Shown piece after piece: positions 29,179 through 38,762 of a DNA stretch of 64,000 bases (positions within the stretch are counted from its first letter, which is position 1; every line of letters starts with the position of its first letter). The DNA comes from a bacterium (GTDB lineage Bacteria > Patescibacteriota > Patescibacteriia > UBA10025). The position numbers and the translations under genes are program-made. The notes under the pieces are model-generated. The model saw only the letters and a list, made by a program, of their open reading frames with translations. It was not told where the DNA came from and did not search any database. The stretch is from the NCBI GenBank assembly GCA_021815445.1, contig JAKAGM010000001.1, positions 787,710 through 851,709 of the forward strand. Direction: 5' to 3'.

Positions 29179-29204
29179 TATATACTTGCGACAATTTTTA
29201 ATCA

Positions 29205-30017
29205 CTACCTTTCAGCAATCATCTTCTTATACGCTTCCCAGCCAACCTGCCGGTATTCTTTTGCTGCGGCGAGTGGATCTTTCGCGCCGTAAACCCCTCG
29301 TCCAACTATAATCACATCCGAGCCGGCCTCAATCACGTCCGCCGGGGTTGTATACTGCTGTTTCAGCGTATCCGCGCCGCCCCCAAGTTTTACACCCGGC
29401 GTGAACAGTATTAGCTCAGGGCCGGTGAGCTCGGAAAGTCTTCGCAACTCACCGACGTCCCCGCCGTTGCCGATAAAGCCGACAACGAACTCAGGATAGC
29501 TTTTTGCCATTTCAACGGCCTTTTTAGTGTACGCGCCCGTTGCCAAGTTGCCCTTCGAACTCATTTGGGCCAGTAAAATCAACCCTCGGGGCTCTGGGTA
29601 TTGCGCGCCGACTTTTTGCAGTCCTTCGATAATCCCAGGGCCGGGAACAATGTGCGCATTGACGAAATCGGCCCACTCCACGATTTTATATATGCCTTTT
29701 TGGTATTGCAGACTTACCGTGTTGCCGATGTCGGCAAACTTTCGGTCTTCAAAAATCATGAAGTGATGTTTCGCGGCGAGATCCCGTAAACGTTTGGCGA
29801 TAGAGGAGGAAAAATTCTCGATAACATCAATGTGCGTCTTGAGGACGGCGAGCTCGGGGCCCGTTTGCTCAGCGAGCGCGATGAATTTTTCGGGGTCCGT
29901 TTCGTCATTTGCGAGCGCCAAATTCGTTTTTTTCTCATCCATCAACTTGAGAAGCTTTTTGGCAGCTTCATTTTTTACGGTGGCAGCCCGTTCTATATAG
30001 GTTTGCCTAAACGCCAT
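29205..30017 (-). CDS. pyrF: Orotidine-5'-phosphate decarboxylase (URA3/UMPS-like)
   Basis: LKTHID, FEDRKFADIGNTV, LAQMSSKG, TPGV, IIVGRG. Confidence 0.95.
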   Translation of the reverse strand: MAFRQTYIERAATVKNEAAKKLLKLMDEKKTNLALANDETDPEKFIALAEQTGPELAVLKTHIDVIENFSSSIAKRLRDLAAKHHFMIFEDRKFADIGNTVSLQYQKGIYKIVEWADFVNAHIVPGPGIIEGLQKVGAQYPEPRGLILLAQMSSKGNLATGAYTKKAVEMAKSYPEFVVGFIGNGGDVGELRRLSELTGPELILFTPGVKLGGGADTLKQQYTTPADVIEAGSDVIIVGRGVYGAKDPLAAAKEYRQVGWEAYKKMIAER

Positions 30018-30678
30018 ATTCGTTCAAATAATCCTGAATCTGCTTATGTTTATTACTGTCGAGAAGTACTTTACCATTCAGCTCCCTATCGAGAAGGAAC
30101 TCCATTATTTCATGGATCGTCACAATAAATCTGATCGGCATATGATAGGTATCCTCAAAGTTTTTCACGGCATTCTTCCCTTCCTTTGTTTTCTCTTGGC
30201 GGTTAGCGGAGAGAATGACCCCGACATATTTCAGCGATACGAGGGGTTGTAAAAGCTGCATTGATTCTACTAAAGCGCCGCCGTCAGTAATGACATCATC
30301 GATGATAACGACCCGCTCACCGCTCTTAGGCTGGTGCCCGATCAACAGCTTTTTGTCACCGTGGTCTTTTATCTCCTTCCTATTAAACGTATATCCCTTA
30401 TTGATGCCGAAATCTTTGGCAAGCGATATTGCTGTGGCGAGCGCCAGGGGGATACCTTTGTAGGCGGGACCATAGATAAAGTCAAAATCATCCTTGTACT
30501 CATTGCGGATCGCTTCAGCGTAATACTTTCCCAGTGTCGCCATCTGCTCTCCGGTTTCAAAGAGTCCCGTATTGATGAAATAGGGCGACTTTCGGCCGCT
30601 TTTTAATACAAAATCTCCAAACTGAAGTGCGCCCGATTCAGCAAGAAAGGTGATGAAGTTCTGTTTATACGTTTCCAT
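30007..30678 (-). CDS. pyrE: Orotate phosphoribosyltransferase
   Basis: FGDFVLKSGRKSPYF, GPAYKGIP, RKEIKDHG, IIDDVITDG; start METYK. Confidence 0.95.
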   Translation of the reverse strand: METYKQNFITFLAESGALQFGDFVLKSGRKSPYFINTGLFETGEQMATLGKYYAEAIRNEYKDDFDFIYGPAYKGIPLALATAISLAKDFGINKGYTFNRKEIKDHGDKKLLIGHQPKSGERVVIIDDVITDGGALVESMQLLQPLVSLKYVGVILSANRQEKTKEGKNAVKNFEDTYHMPIRFIVTIHEIMEFLLDRELNGKVLLDSNKHKQIQDYLNEYGV

Positions 30679-31963
30679 AAGTAATTTCCTTTCCTTTATT
30701 GTCCTCGTTAATCTTTCCGTTGTCAAAAACAAGGTTGCCGTTGATGAACGTCATGATGGGCCAGCCTTTGAGGTTTTTTCCTTCATACGGGGACCAGCCA
30801 CACTTAGAGAACAACATTTTTTTCGAAACAACTTGGGATTTGTTCATATCAACAACGGCGAGGTCGGCATCGTATCCTTTTGCGATGCGTCCTTTTTTTG
30901 ATAGTGAAAATATCTCGGCAGGTCTCGTACTCATTGCTGAGACCAGCCACTCAAGCGTAAAGTCGCTTCCGTCGAGAGCATCAAGCATCAGCGGGAGCGA
31001 CGTCTGCACCTCGGGCATTCCGGATGGAACTTCAGTGTACCCGCGCTTCTTCTCCTCAATAGTATGTGGGGCATGATCAGTGGCAATAATATCAATAGTC
31101 CCGTACCGCAATCCCCGCCAGAGAGCGAGCCGGTCTTCGGGGGTGCGAAGCGGCGGGTTTACTTTGACGAACATGCCCTGTGTCACGTACGCCGACTCAT
31201 CGAGAAAAAGATGGTGCGGGCTGACCTCACAGGTGACCGGCAAACCTTCGTTTTTCGCTTTTTGAATCAGTTCCACCTCTTCTTTGGTGCTGATGTGGCA
31301 GAGGTGAATACGGGCGCCGGTCTCACGAGCTAGTCTGAGGACACGTTCAATAGCGTGAATTGCGACTTTACGATCTCGCAATTTCGAATGTAGAGCCGAG
31401 TCTGAAATAGTGCCCAGCCTTTCGGCATTTTTTTTCATCAGATTTTCATCTTCCGCGTGGACTAACCAAAGAATGTCGGGAATTGCAAACAGCTTCCGAA
31501 GCTCATCGTCCTCGGCCACAAGCAAAGAACCTGTTGACGAACCGACATAGATTTTTACGCCCGCTACTTTCCCGCGAAGCTTTTCTATCTCTGCCCGATT
31601 TCCAGTTGTCGCGCCAAGATGGAAACCGAAGTTCACGAGGCTTTTCGCGGCGAGAGAACGCTTCATCTCCAGTGAATTTGCGTCAATCGTCGGCGGATTG
31701 GTATTGGGCATGTCGAGAACGGTAGTGACTCCCCCTGCAGCAGCGGCGCGTGAACCCGTGAGCCAGTCTTCCTTGTGCTCGCCGCCCGGTTCGCGAAAGT
31801 GCACATGAGCGTCAATGACGCCCGGGATGACGTACTTTCCCCGGACATCAAACGTCGCATCAAAAGAACCGGCTCCCTCAAACCCGGCTATGGTGCCGTC
31901 GACAATATCAATACTGGTTTTTGTTCCGTCAGCGAGCGTGGCATTGACTATCTTAGCGCGCAT
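30665..31963 (-). CDS. pyrC: Dihydroorotase (type I)
   Basis: DAHVHFREPG, DMPNT, HAED, KVNPPLR, ATDHAPH; start MRAKIV at 31963. Confidence 0.93.
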   Translation of the reverse strand: MRAKIVNATLADGTKTSIDIVDGTIAGFEGAGSFDATFDVRGKYVIPGVIDAHVHFREPGGEHKEDWLTGSRAAAAGGVTTVLDMPNTNPPTIDANSLEMKRSLAAKSLVNFGFHLGATTGNRAEIEKLRGKVAGVKIYVGSSTGSLLVAEDDELRKLFAIPDILWLVHAEDENLMKKNAERLGTISDSALHSKLRDRKVAIHAIERVLRLARETGARIHLCHISTKEEVELIQKAKNEGLPVTCEVSPHHLFLDESAYVTQGMFVKVNPPLRTPEDRLALWRGLRYGTIDIIATDHAPHTIEEKKRGYTEVPSGMPEVQTSLPLMLDALDGSDFTLEWLVSAMSTRPAEIFSLSKKGRIAKGYDADLAVVDMNKSQVVSKKMLFSKCGWSPYEGKNLKGWPIMTFINGNLVFDNGKINEDNKGKEITYGNV

Positions 31964-32777
31964 CGAAAAAAATCTTATGCCCGCTCGCGATGCGGTGGAA
32001 TTTCCCGAACTCGCTCTGAGTGCGGGCGAACTCCCCCGAGACGACAGGCCCCTCCAAACACATGCGTTTGCCCGAACCGTCCAAACAGCACGCTCCGCAG
32101 ATGCCAAACCCGCACTTCATGTAGCGTTCGATACTGACCTGGCACGGGACATTCTTTTCCGATGCGGCGTTGACCACCTTTTGCTCCATGAGCTCAGGCC
32201 CACAGGTGTAGACTACGTCGTAAGAATTCTTCGCGAGAAGCTCGGCAGCGACATCGGTTACGAACCCTTTGCGTCCTTCACTGCCGTCATCAGTGGCAAT
32301 GTGCAAATGAATCTTCATTGCCTTCAGGCGTTTCATAAAAAGCAGTTGCGTTTTTGTTCGCGCGCCATTGCAAAAATCTACAGTGATGCCGCGAGCAAGC
32401 GCTTGGGATGCTAACGTAGCTAGTGGCGCAACGCCGTAGCCGCCTCCAACAAGCAGTATTCTTTTCGAACCCTCCTGCAGGGTGAACGGAGAGCCGTAAG
32501 GGCCTCGGATACCGACCAGGTCGCCTTTTTTGTATTCAAAAAGCTTTTCGGTGAACCTCCCGACTTTTGCAATGCTCAATCCGAGCTTGCCGTCCTCGTC
32601 ATATGCGATGCTGAACGGCTTTTCATCCACCCGCGGTATCCACATGATGACAAACTGTCCCGGTTTTGAATGCAGTTCTACGGCGAAGAAAAACGTCCTG
32701 ACATTTTCAGTTTCCTGAACAATGTCCGCGATCGGGAGCATCCTTGGCTGTTCAAATGGGTGAAGAGGTCTTTCCAT
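31953..32777 (-). CDS. pyrK: Dihydroorotate dehydrogenase electron transfer subunit
   Basis: PGQF, PFSI, GPYG, GGGYG, CGP, MKCGFGICGAC...C 2Fe-2S motif. Confidence 0.93.
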   Translation of the reverse strand: MERPLHPFEQPRMLPIADIVQETENVRTFFFAVELHSKPGQFVIMWIPRVDEKPFSIAYDEDGKLGLSIAKVGRFTEKLFEYKKGDLVGIRGPYGSPFTLQEGSKRILLVGGGYGVAPLATLASQALARGITVDFCNGARTKTQLLFMKRLKAMKIHLHIATDDGSEGRKGFVTDVAAELLAKNSYDVVYTCGPELMEQKVVNAASEKNVPCQVSIERYMKCGFGICGACCLDGSGKRMCLEGPVVSGEFARTQSEFGKFHRIASGHKIFFDAR

Positions 32778-32784
32778 ACCGGCG

Positions 32785-33705
32785 TTATCCCTCCAACTTA
32801 TGGGTTAAACTTACGAAATCCTCGAGTTTTTTATACCCCTTTTCCTGCATAAATGCCCGTATTTCATCGCTAACTTTAGCAAAAACGTCTATGCCGCGAG
32901 AATATATTGCCGTGCCGATTTCTACCGCCGTAGCGCCCACCATCATCATTTCTACTGCGTCGCGGCCCGTCGTTACCCCGCCGACGCCGATGATGGGAAT
33001 TTTTACGGCTTTGCGGATGTCATAGATGCAACGAACGGCAATAGGGCGGAGCGCAACGCCGGAAACGCCCCCGACTTTGAAATGAAGAATCGGCTGGCCG
33101 GTCTGGATATCGACAATCATGCCCGGCCCCATGGTATTTACCGCAACAATACCGTCAGCGCCGGCCGCCTCGGCAGCTTTTGCAACTTCGCCTATCGGCT
33201 GGCTGTCGGGTGATATCTTGATGAAAAGCGGCAGCTGGGTCTTTGAACGGATGGCTTTGGTGATTTCCTCCGTGCTTTTGGGCGTGCCTTGGCCGGCCAT
33301 CGTGCCATAGCCGGGCGTATGCGGGCAGGAGAGTACGGCTTCAACGGCGGAAAACTCTCCCGGCAAAAGCTTTTCCGCCATCTGGCCGAACTCTTCGGCA
33401 TTCTGTCCGATAATGCTGGCCAACACGGGTCCGCCGACATTGTTCAACTCTTTAAACTCTTCGCGGGCTTCATCAACACCGGGGTTGGAGTAACCGACGG
33501 CATTCAACATACCGCCTTCATACGTAATCATGTTCGGGGCGTGATGACCGACGCGCTCCTTTAAACTGATCGACTTGATAACACACGCTCCCGCGCCGTT
33601 ACTAAATACGTGCATGAGCGACGCGCGCGAAACACCCAAAATACCCGACGCGAGTATCGTCGGGTTTTCGAGTTTCAAACTCCCTATGCGCGTCGAGATA
33701 TCCAT
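32785..33705 (-). CDS. pyrD: Dihydroorotate dehydrogenase 1B catalytic subunit
   Basis: NPTILASG, NAVGYSNPG, SCPH, KISP, VNT, GGVSG. Confidence 0.93.
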   Translation of the reverse strand: MDISTRIGSLKLENPTILASGILGVSRASLMHVFSNGAGACVIKSISLKERVGHHAPNMITYEGGMLNAVGYSNPGVDEAREEFKELNNVGGPVLASIIGQNAEEFGQMAEKLLPGEFSAVEAVLSCPHTPGYGTMAGQGTPKSTEEITKAIRSKTQLPLFIKISPDSQPIGEVAKAAEAAGADGIVAVNTMGPGMIVDIQTGQPILHFKVGGVSGVALRPIAVRCIYDIRKAVKIPIIGVGGVTTGRDAVEMMMVGATAVEIGTAIYSRGIDVFAKVSDEIRAFMQEKGYKKLEDFVSLTHKLEG

Positions 33706-33708
33706 CGC

Positions 33709-34158
33709 TTAGAGCAGGGTAATTTCCGCTTCGCTTAAATATCGTTCACAGTAATGGCAGTGGAGAAGAAGGGGTTTCGCCGATTCGAGATAAAACTTTG
33801 TCCGAGCGTGGTCATGGTTGGTAATGCAGGACGGGTTGGCGCACTTCACGATGCCGTCAATGACCTCTGGTATTTCCACCTGAGACTTTCGTGCGAGCTT
33901 GAAATTGCGGATGATGTTAATTGTCGCCGTTGGAGCAATAATTGCTATCTTATTGGCCTCGTTGGGATTCAACTCCTTGCCCTCAATCTTCACGATATCC
34001 TTCCTGCCGAGCCGCTTGCTGGGGAAGCTCATACCGAGCGTGACAATTTTTTTCCATGACTTGAGATTGAGCAAATCGATAATGGCCACGCCTTTTCCGT
34101 CCGGAATGTGGTCGATGACGGTACCCTGCTTGATAGCGTAGACGCGAAATTCTCTCAT
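33709..34158 (-). CDS. pyrI: Aspartate carbamoyltransferase regulatory chain
   Basis: AIKQGTVIDHI, GRKDIVKIE, CANPSCITN, CHYCE Zn site. Confidence 0.95.
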   Translation of the reverse strand: MREFRVYAIKQGTVIDHIPDGKGVAIIDLLNLKSWKKIVTLGMSFPSKRLGRKDIVKIEGKELNPNEANKIAIIAPTATINIIRNFKLARKSQVEIPEVIDGIVKCANPSCITNHDHARTKFYLESAKPLLLHCHYCERYLSEAEITLL

Positions 34159-35090
34159 ACTTTTCCCATGACTAATGCCAAAAGCGCCTGGCGGACATAG
34201 AGGCCGTTATTCGCCTGTTCGAAATAGTAGGCGTACGGCGTGTTGTCGACTTCGTAATTGATCTCGTTTACGCGCGGCAACGGATGGAGGATGCGGAAAT
34301 TCTTTTTTACCTTTTTCAACAGTTTTTTGGTGATGACGTAGATACCCTCGACTTTTTCATATTCAAGCGGGTCGGGGAAGCGTTCCTTTTGGATGCGCGT
34401 GGCGTAAAAAATATCGAGTTTCGGCATGAACGGTTCAGGATGGGTATGGAATGAGTACTTTGCCTTTATTTTCTCGAGATCGCGCATCACATGGTCAGGC
34501 ATCTGCAAAGATTGTGGGGCGATAAAATAAAGCCGTGCGCCAAATAGCGCCAGCGCGTACGCAAGCGAATGGGTAGTGCGGCCGTATTTCAAATCTCCGA
34601 CAAGCGCCACGTGGAGTCCGGCAAGTTTCTTTTGGGTTTCGTGGATGGAGAAAAGGTCGAGGAATGTCTGTGTCGGATGTTGGTTGGCGCCGTCACCGCC
34701 GTTAAGCACGGGATTCTTCGAAACCTCCGCAGCGAGTCTTGCCGAACCTTCGAGCGGATGGCGCATGACGATGACATCGCAGTACTTCTCAACGATACGG
34801 ATTGAGTCTGAAAGTGATTCACCTTTCGACGACGAACTGGACTTTGCGTCGGCAAGGGAAATGACAGACCCGCCGAGGCGTTCCATTGCAGATTCAAAAG
34901 AGAACCGCGTGCGCGTGGACGGCTCGAAGAAAAGCGATGCGAGGATGGTACCCTTGAGCAGATCGGGATGCGGCCGGGCCTTAAAAGTCTTGGCAACTTT
35001 CAAGACATGCTGGATGTCTCCTTTTGAAAAATCGCGGACGGAAATAACATCCCGGTTTTTGAAACTTCGCAAAGTTGACTTTCGTGGCAT
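34155..35090 (-). CDS. pyrB: Aspartate carbamoyltransferase catalytic chain
   Basis: FFEPSTRTR, HPTQ, GDLKYGRT, RIQKER, HPLPR; start MPRK at 35090. Confidence 0.96.
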   Translation of the reverse strand: MPRKSTLRSFKNRDVISVRDFSKGDIQHVLKVAKTFKARPHPDLLKGTILASLFFEPSTRTRFSFESAMERLGGSVISLADAKSSSSSKGESLSDSIRIVEKYCDVIVMRHPLEGSARLAAEVSKNPVLNGGDGANQHPTQTFLDLFSIHETQKKLAGLHVALVGDLKYGRTTHSLAYALALFGARLYFIAPQSLQMPDHVMRDLEKIKAKYSFHTHPEPFMPKLDIFYATRIQKERFPDPLEYEKVEGIYVITKKLLKKVKKNFRILHPLPRVNEINYEVDNTPYAYYFEQANNGLYVRQALLALVMGKV

Positions 35091-35159
35091 ACAAAAATCC
35101 CTAAAGTATCCTACTTGCAGGATAGCATATAGACACGGAAAGTAAACTCGTCCGTGTAG

Positions 35160-35216
35160 GCCAGATTCGGAATCCGGCAAACCCGGACACCGCGTGATTC
35201 AGAATCCCGCCTCCGC
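35160..35216. repeat. Double GATTC-N-GAATC element, copy A
   Basis: GATTCGGAATC 35164-35174 and GATTCAGAATC 35196-35206, then CCGCCTCCGC; similar copy at 36683-36740. Confidence 0.75.
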
Positions 35217-35225
35217 ATGTACGGT

Positions 35226-35256
35226 ATAAAAAGAGACCCCGATACCACTTGGGGTC
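35226..35256 (-). terminator. Intrinsic terminator after purD
   Basis: Minus strand GACCCC-AAGTGGTATC-GGGGTC-TCTTTTTAT. Confidence 0.7.
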
Positions 35257-35279
35257 ATAAAGATCAAAGCATCAGTCAA

Positions 35280-36572
35280 TTAGTTCGCGTAGGCGCCGAT
35301 ATCCTCTCGATGTTTTTCACCACGCCAACTGACTTGGTGTACACCCTTATAGGCACCCTCCACTGCCAGGGGATGAGTTGCCGCCCGACATCGAGCGCCG
35401 ATGACACGACCACCAGCTGTCTTCCAAACACCGTCTTCACACTCAGTACCACCGTGCAAATCGTCGATCTGTCCCGGATGGTCAGGAACCACTGCGAGCT
35501 GGCCGCATTCATTGAGCCCGTTGATCACGTCGCCCGTAACTGGCTTGTCAGGATAGTTCTCGGCGGCCATGACCACGATACAAGCTGATCCATCATGCCA
35601 CTGGAGTGGGCCGATGCGGTTGAGATCACCTGTCGGTATCGCCTCAAGAATATCACCAAGTGGTGTCTTAAGGAGAGGGAGAACCACCTCTGTCTCAGGA
35701 TCGCCGGGACGACAGTTGAATTCCAAGACACATGGGCCGGAACTCGTAACTTTCAGCCCGGCATACAGGACGCCTTGAAATAGTGCGCCCTGCCTTGCGC
35801 CTGTAGCAAGCGTTGGTTCGAAAATCGTCTTGATGATCTGCTGACGAAGTTCCTCCCTCGCAAATGGAACGGGAGCAATCGCACCCATACCGCCTGTCAT
35901 CGGACCGGTGTTGGCATTGCCAACGGTCTTGTGATCCTGCGAGAGGATCGTATATAATGCGAAACCGCTGCTGTCCACGAAAGCAAACATGCTGAGTTCC
36001 GGTCCGACGAGAAACTCTTGGATCACGATTGTTGCGCCTGCTTCGCCGAACACTTTGACGACCATGAAGTCTTCAATGGCTTTTGCCGCCTCGACAAAGT
36101 TCTTGACGATACGGACGCCTTTCCCGCTGCATAGGCCGTCGGCCTTGATGACAAGCGGAAACTCCGCCTTACCCAGATACCGGATTGCATCGCTGGCGTC
36201 TGTAAAGATCTTGAAGCGTGGAATGGGTACACCTGCCTCCATAAGCAGTTCGCAGCAACCCGCTTTGCTCCCCTCGATCGAGGCCCCATCCTTGAACGGA
36301 CCCACAAAAGACAAACCCGCCGCGGCAAATTTATCCCCGATGCCTGCCACCAGCGGGCCTTCAGGACCGACGATGGTGAGAGCTCCTGTGGCACGGGCGA
36401 GCTCTACCAGCCCAGCATGGTCGTCTGCCTTCACCTTGCCACGCACTACCCTGGGATCAGCAAAAATGCCGCCGTTTCCGGGCGTACAGATCACCTTACG
36501 GCCTTCCATAAGAAGCTTGAGAACGATTGCATGAGTCCGCATATCGCCCCCGACTACTAAGATTGGTTGCAT
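35280..36572 (-). CDS. purD: Phosphoribosylamine--glycine ligase
   Basis: PGNGG, VGPEGPLVAG, EGSK, KADGL..GKGV, GPMTGGMGA, EFNCRPGDPE, TAGGRV; start MQPIL with GAGG SD. Confidence 0.92.
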   Translation of the reverse strand: MQPILVVGGDMRTHAIVLKLLMEGRKVICTPGNGGIFADPRVVRGKVKADDHAGLVELARATGALTIVGPEGPLVAGIGDKFAAAGLSFVGPFKDGASIEGSKAGCCELLMEAGVPIPRFKIFTDASDAIRYLGKAEFPLVIKADGLCSGKGVRIVKNFVEAAKAIEDFMVVKVFGEAGATIVIQEFLVGPELSMFAFVDSSGFALYTILSQDHKTVGNANTGPMTGGMGAIAPVPFAREELRQQIIKTIFEPTLATGARQGALFQGVLYAGLKVTSSGPCVLEFNCRPGDPETEVVLPLLKTPLGDILEAIPTGDLNRIGPLQWHDGSACIVVMAAENYPDKPVTGDVINGLNECGQLAVVPDHPGQIDDLHGGTECEDGVWKTAGGRVIGARCRAATHPLAVEGAYKGVHQVSWRGEKHREDIGAYAN

Positions 36573-36682
36573 CTTGGTCCTCACTTTCTGTTGACTGACA
36601 TTTTGACAAAGAAACAACTCTTGATTTCTGTTTTGAGGACACCACTGTATCACATGTATACTTTATGTCAACGAACGAGAAT

Positions 36683-36740
36683 GCTGGATTTGGAATCCAG
36701 ATCAACCTGAACACCGTAGGATTCGGAATCCCGCCGCCGC
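36683..36740. repeat. Double GATTC-N-GAATC element, copy B
   Basis: GATTTGGAATC 36687-36697 and GATTCGGAATC 36720-36730, then CCGCCGCCGC. Confidence 0.75.
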
Positions 36741-36787
36741 GTAAATAAAAAAGACCGCTTCAAGCATGGAAGCGGGGAGCGGAATAG

Positions 36788-36997
36788 CTACATGTGGAAT
36801 GGGGGTTGATGCCTCTTCACTCTGCGGGGTTTACGAACCGACTGATTTATAAAGGGATTGGGCCGTTCGCAGTTGACGTTACGACATCTGTTACCGCCAT
36901 CATTGATTGTGCAACAGTTTGGGCACATCCACCCCCGCGTGAATTCCTGTCGAGCCGGTACGGCGGGCACTGTATGTAGAGTATCTTTATCGCACAT
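36788..36997 (-). CDS. Small protein with RanBP2-like zinc finger
   Basis: AAAGGAGG SD before ATG 36997; WMCPNCCTIND..NRCRNVNC; followed by hairpin + U tract. Confidence 0.55.
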   Translation of the reverse strand: MCDKDTLHTVPAVPARQEFTRGWMCPNCCTINDGGNRCRNVNCERPNPFINQSVRKPRRVKRHQPPFHM

Positions 36998-37205
36998 CGA
37001 ATGCCTCCTTTTAGAAAGGGCGTGCGCTTTTTTTGGGCATGGAAACACTAACAGTCTCGCAAAGAGCTGTCAATATGGAAAAACGCGAACAAATTAAATC
37101 GGGCAAAACAAGCCCCGCCTGCCAAAGTCATACGGCGGACAGGTTTGCCGCTACACGCGGTATTTTTCTGGCCCTTAAGCTCTCAGCTCTTTTGCTACTA
37201 ACAGC

Positions 37206-37907
37206 CTACCAGCCCTTCACTTCAAGCGCTTTCTCGGCGGCGCGGACCTGCGCCTCCTGCTTTGACGTGCCTTCGCCCTCGGCGACCAGCTCTTCACCGA
37301 TGTAAATGCCGATGCGAAACTTGCGGGCGTGGTCGGGACCCGACTCGTGGAGGACCCTGTATGAAGGGGTGACGCCCGTGCGATCCTGCGAGGCCTCCTG
37401 GAAACGGCTCTTGGGATCCTGGTCGAGATGGTTTTCGAGAATACCTTTGAGATGATGGACAAGGTGTTTGACGAGGAAATCCCTTGCTACATCCCAGCCC
37501 AAATCAAGGTATATGGACCCGATAAGCGCTTCAAAGGCATCAGCGAGGATGAACATGCGCGCCTTGCTTTTCTTTTCTTTTTGCTCGCCGCGGCTTAGAT
37601 ACAGATAATGATCCAAGTCGAGCGTCCGCGCAATCTCCGCGAGCATCTTGGCATTGACGAGGCTCGCGCGCCAGTTAGTGAGATCGCCCTCGGGATTCGG
37701 GTACTGCTGGAAAAGGTATTCGGTCACTACCAGCTCGAGGACGGCATCACCGAGGAATTCGAGGCGCTCGTTGTTGTCGAGGCCGAACTTCGGGTGCTCA
37801 TTGAGGTACGATCGGTGAACCAAAGCCTGCCGCAACAGGTCTTTGTTGTTGAAGGTAAGACCGAGTTTTTCCTCCAGATGATCGAAATCCTTTTGGGAAG
37901 ATATCAT
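37206..37907 (-). CDS. rnc: Ribonuclease III
   Basis: NERLEFLGDAVL signature and C-terminal dsRBD. Confidence 0.97.
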   Translation of the reverse strand: MISSQKDFDHLEEKLGLTFNNKDLLRQALVHRSYLNEHPKFGLDNNERLEFLGDAVLELVVTEYLFQQYPNPEGDLTNWRASLVNAKMLAEIARTLDLDHYLYLSRGEQKEKKSKARMFILADAFEALIGSIYLDLGWDVARDFLVKHLVHHLKGILENHLDQDPKSRFQEASQDRTGVTPSYRVLHESGPDHARKFRIGIYIGEELVAEGEGTSKQEAQVRAAEKALEVKGW

Positions 37908-37940
37908 AATGCAGTGTAGCCGTGCGTTATTCGCATCCCG

Positions 37941-38429
37941 CTACTCCTTGCTGGCCGGCGGAGTCGGGTGTTTGCTGCCTTTTTTTTCCTCGGTGATGAG
38001 CACCTCACCGTGATTGATCATCTCCGTGTAAATCGTGCCGAGGACGCCATTGACGAATTTACCCGACGATTCACCGCCGAACGTCTTTGCAAGCTCTATG
38101 GCTTCATTGATGGCCACTTTCGGTGGAATCTCACCGCCCGAGAACCTGAGCTCGAAAATGCCTATGCGCAGGATGTTCCTGTCCACGACAGTAATCTGCT
38201 CCAGAGGCCACTCCGGGGCATACTTCGTTATCAACGCATTGATTTCATCTAAATGATGGATAACGCCTTTGACTATCCTTTCGGCGAATCCGTTGTCATC
38301 AAAATCAGGAGCGAAATCTTTCAAATTTCTCTGGATAAGCTCCTGTGCGGCGTCAGACCCTAATTTATTGAAGTCCCACTCGTAGAGCGACTGCATGGCT
38401 ATCGTACGGGCGAGATGGCGGTTCGACAT
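37941..38429 (-). CDS. nusB: Transcription antitermination factor NusB
   Basis: [36 protein letters not shown]. Confidence 0.96.
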   Translation of the reverse strand: MSNRHLARTIAMQSLYEWDFNKLGSDAAQELIQRNLKDFAPDFDDNGFAERIVKGVIHHLDEINALITKYAPEWPLEQITVVDRNILRIGIFELRFSGGEIPPKVAINEAIELAKTFGGESSGKFVNGVLGTIYTEMINHGEVLITEEKKGSKHPTPPASKE

Positions 38430-38459
38430 ACGTGGGGGAGAAAATGTACGAGCTAGTTC

Positions 38460-38696
38460 CTAACGGTTTTTTGCTTTGTCTTCTTGCTTTTTTTCTTTCT
38501 TTTTCTTCCGTTCTGACTTCGTGTCAAGCAGGAGGACGTCCCTGCCGCGGTAATATCCGCAATGAGAACATACACTGTGCGGGAGCACGGGATGTTTGCA
38601 TTTCGGGCAGAGCGAGAGTGCCTGAGATTTTAACGCAAAATGCGAGGCGCGATCCCGCTTTGATTGTTTTGTCCGGCGTTTTGAGGGGAGACCCAT
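38460..38696 (-). CDS. rpmF: 50S ribosomal protein L32
   Basis: MGLPSKRRTK, CPKC..PVLPHSVCSHCGYY. Confidence 0.93.
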   Translation of the reverse strand: MGLPSKRRTKQSKRDRASHFALKSQALSLCPKCKHPVLPHSVCSHCGYYRGRDVLLLDTKSERKKKKEKKQEDKAKNR

Positions 38697-38762
38697 AGGC
38701 TATTAGTATAGGGAAAGTTAAGGGTATTGAGAAGAGTATCGATGATAACACCAACTCGTCAG

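Noticed and set aside
30665-32107. Extended 480-aa PyrC
   Set aside because: The extension overlaps pyrK; the dihydroorotase-like sequence starts at MRAKIV (31963)
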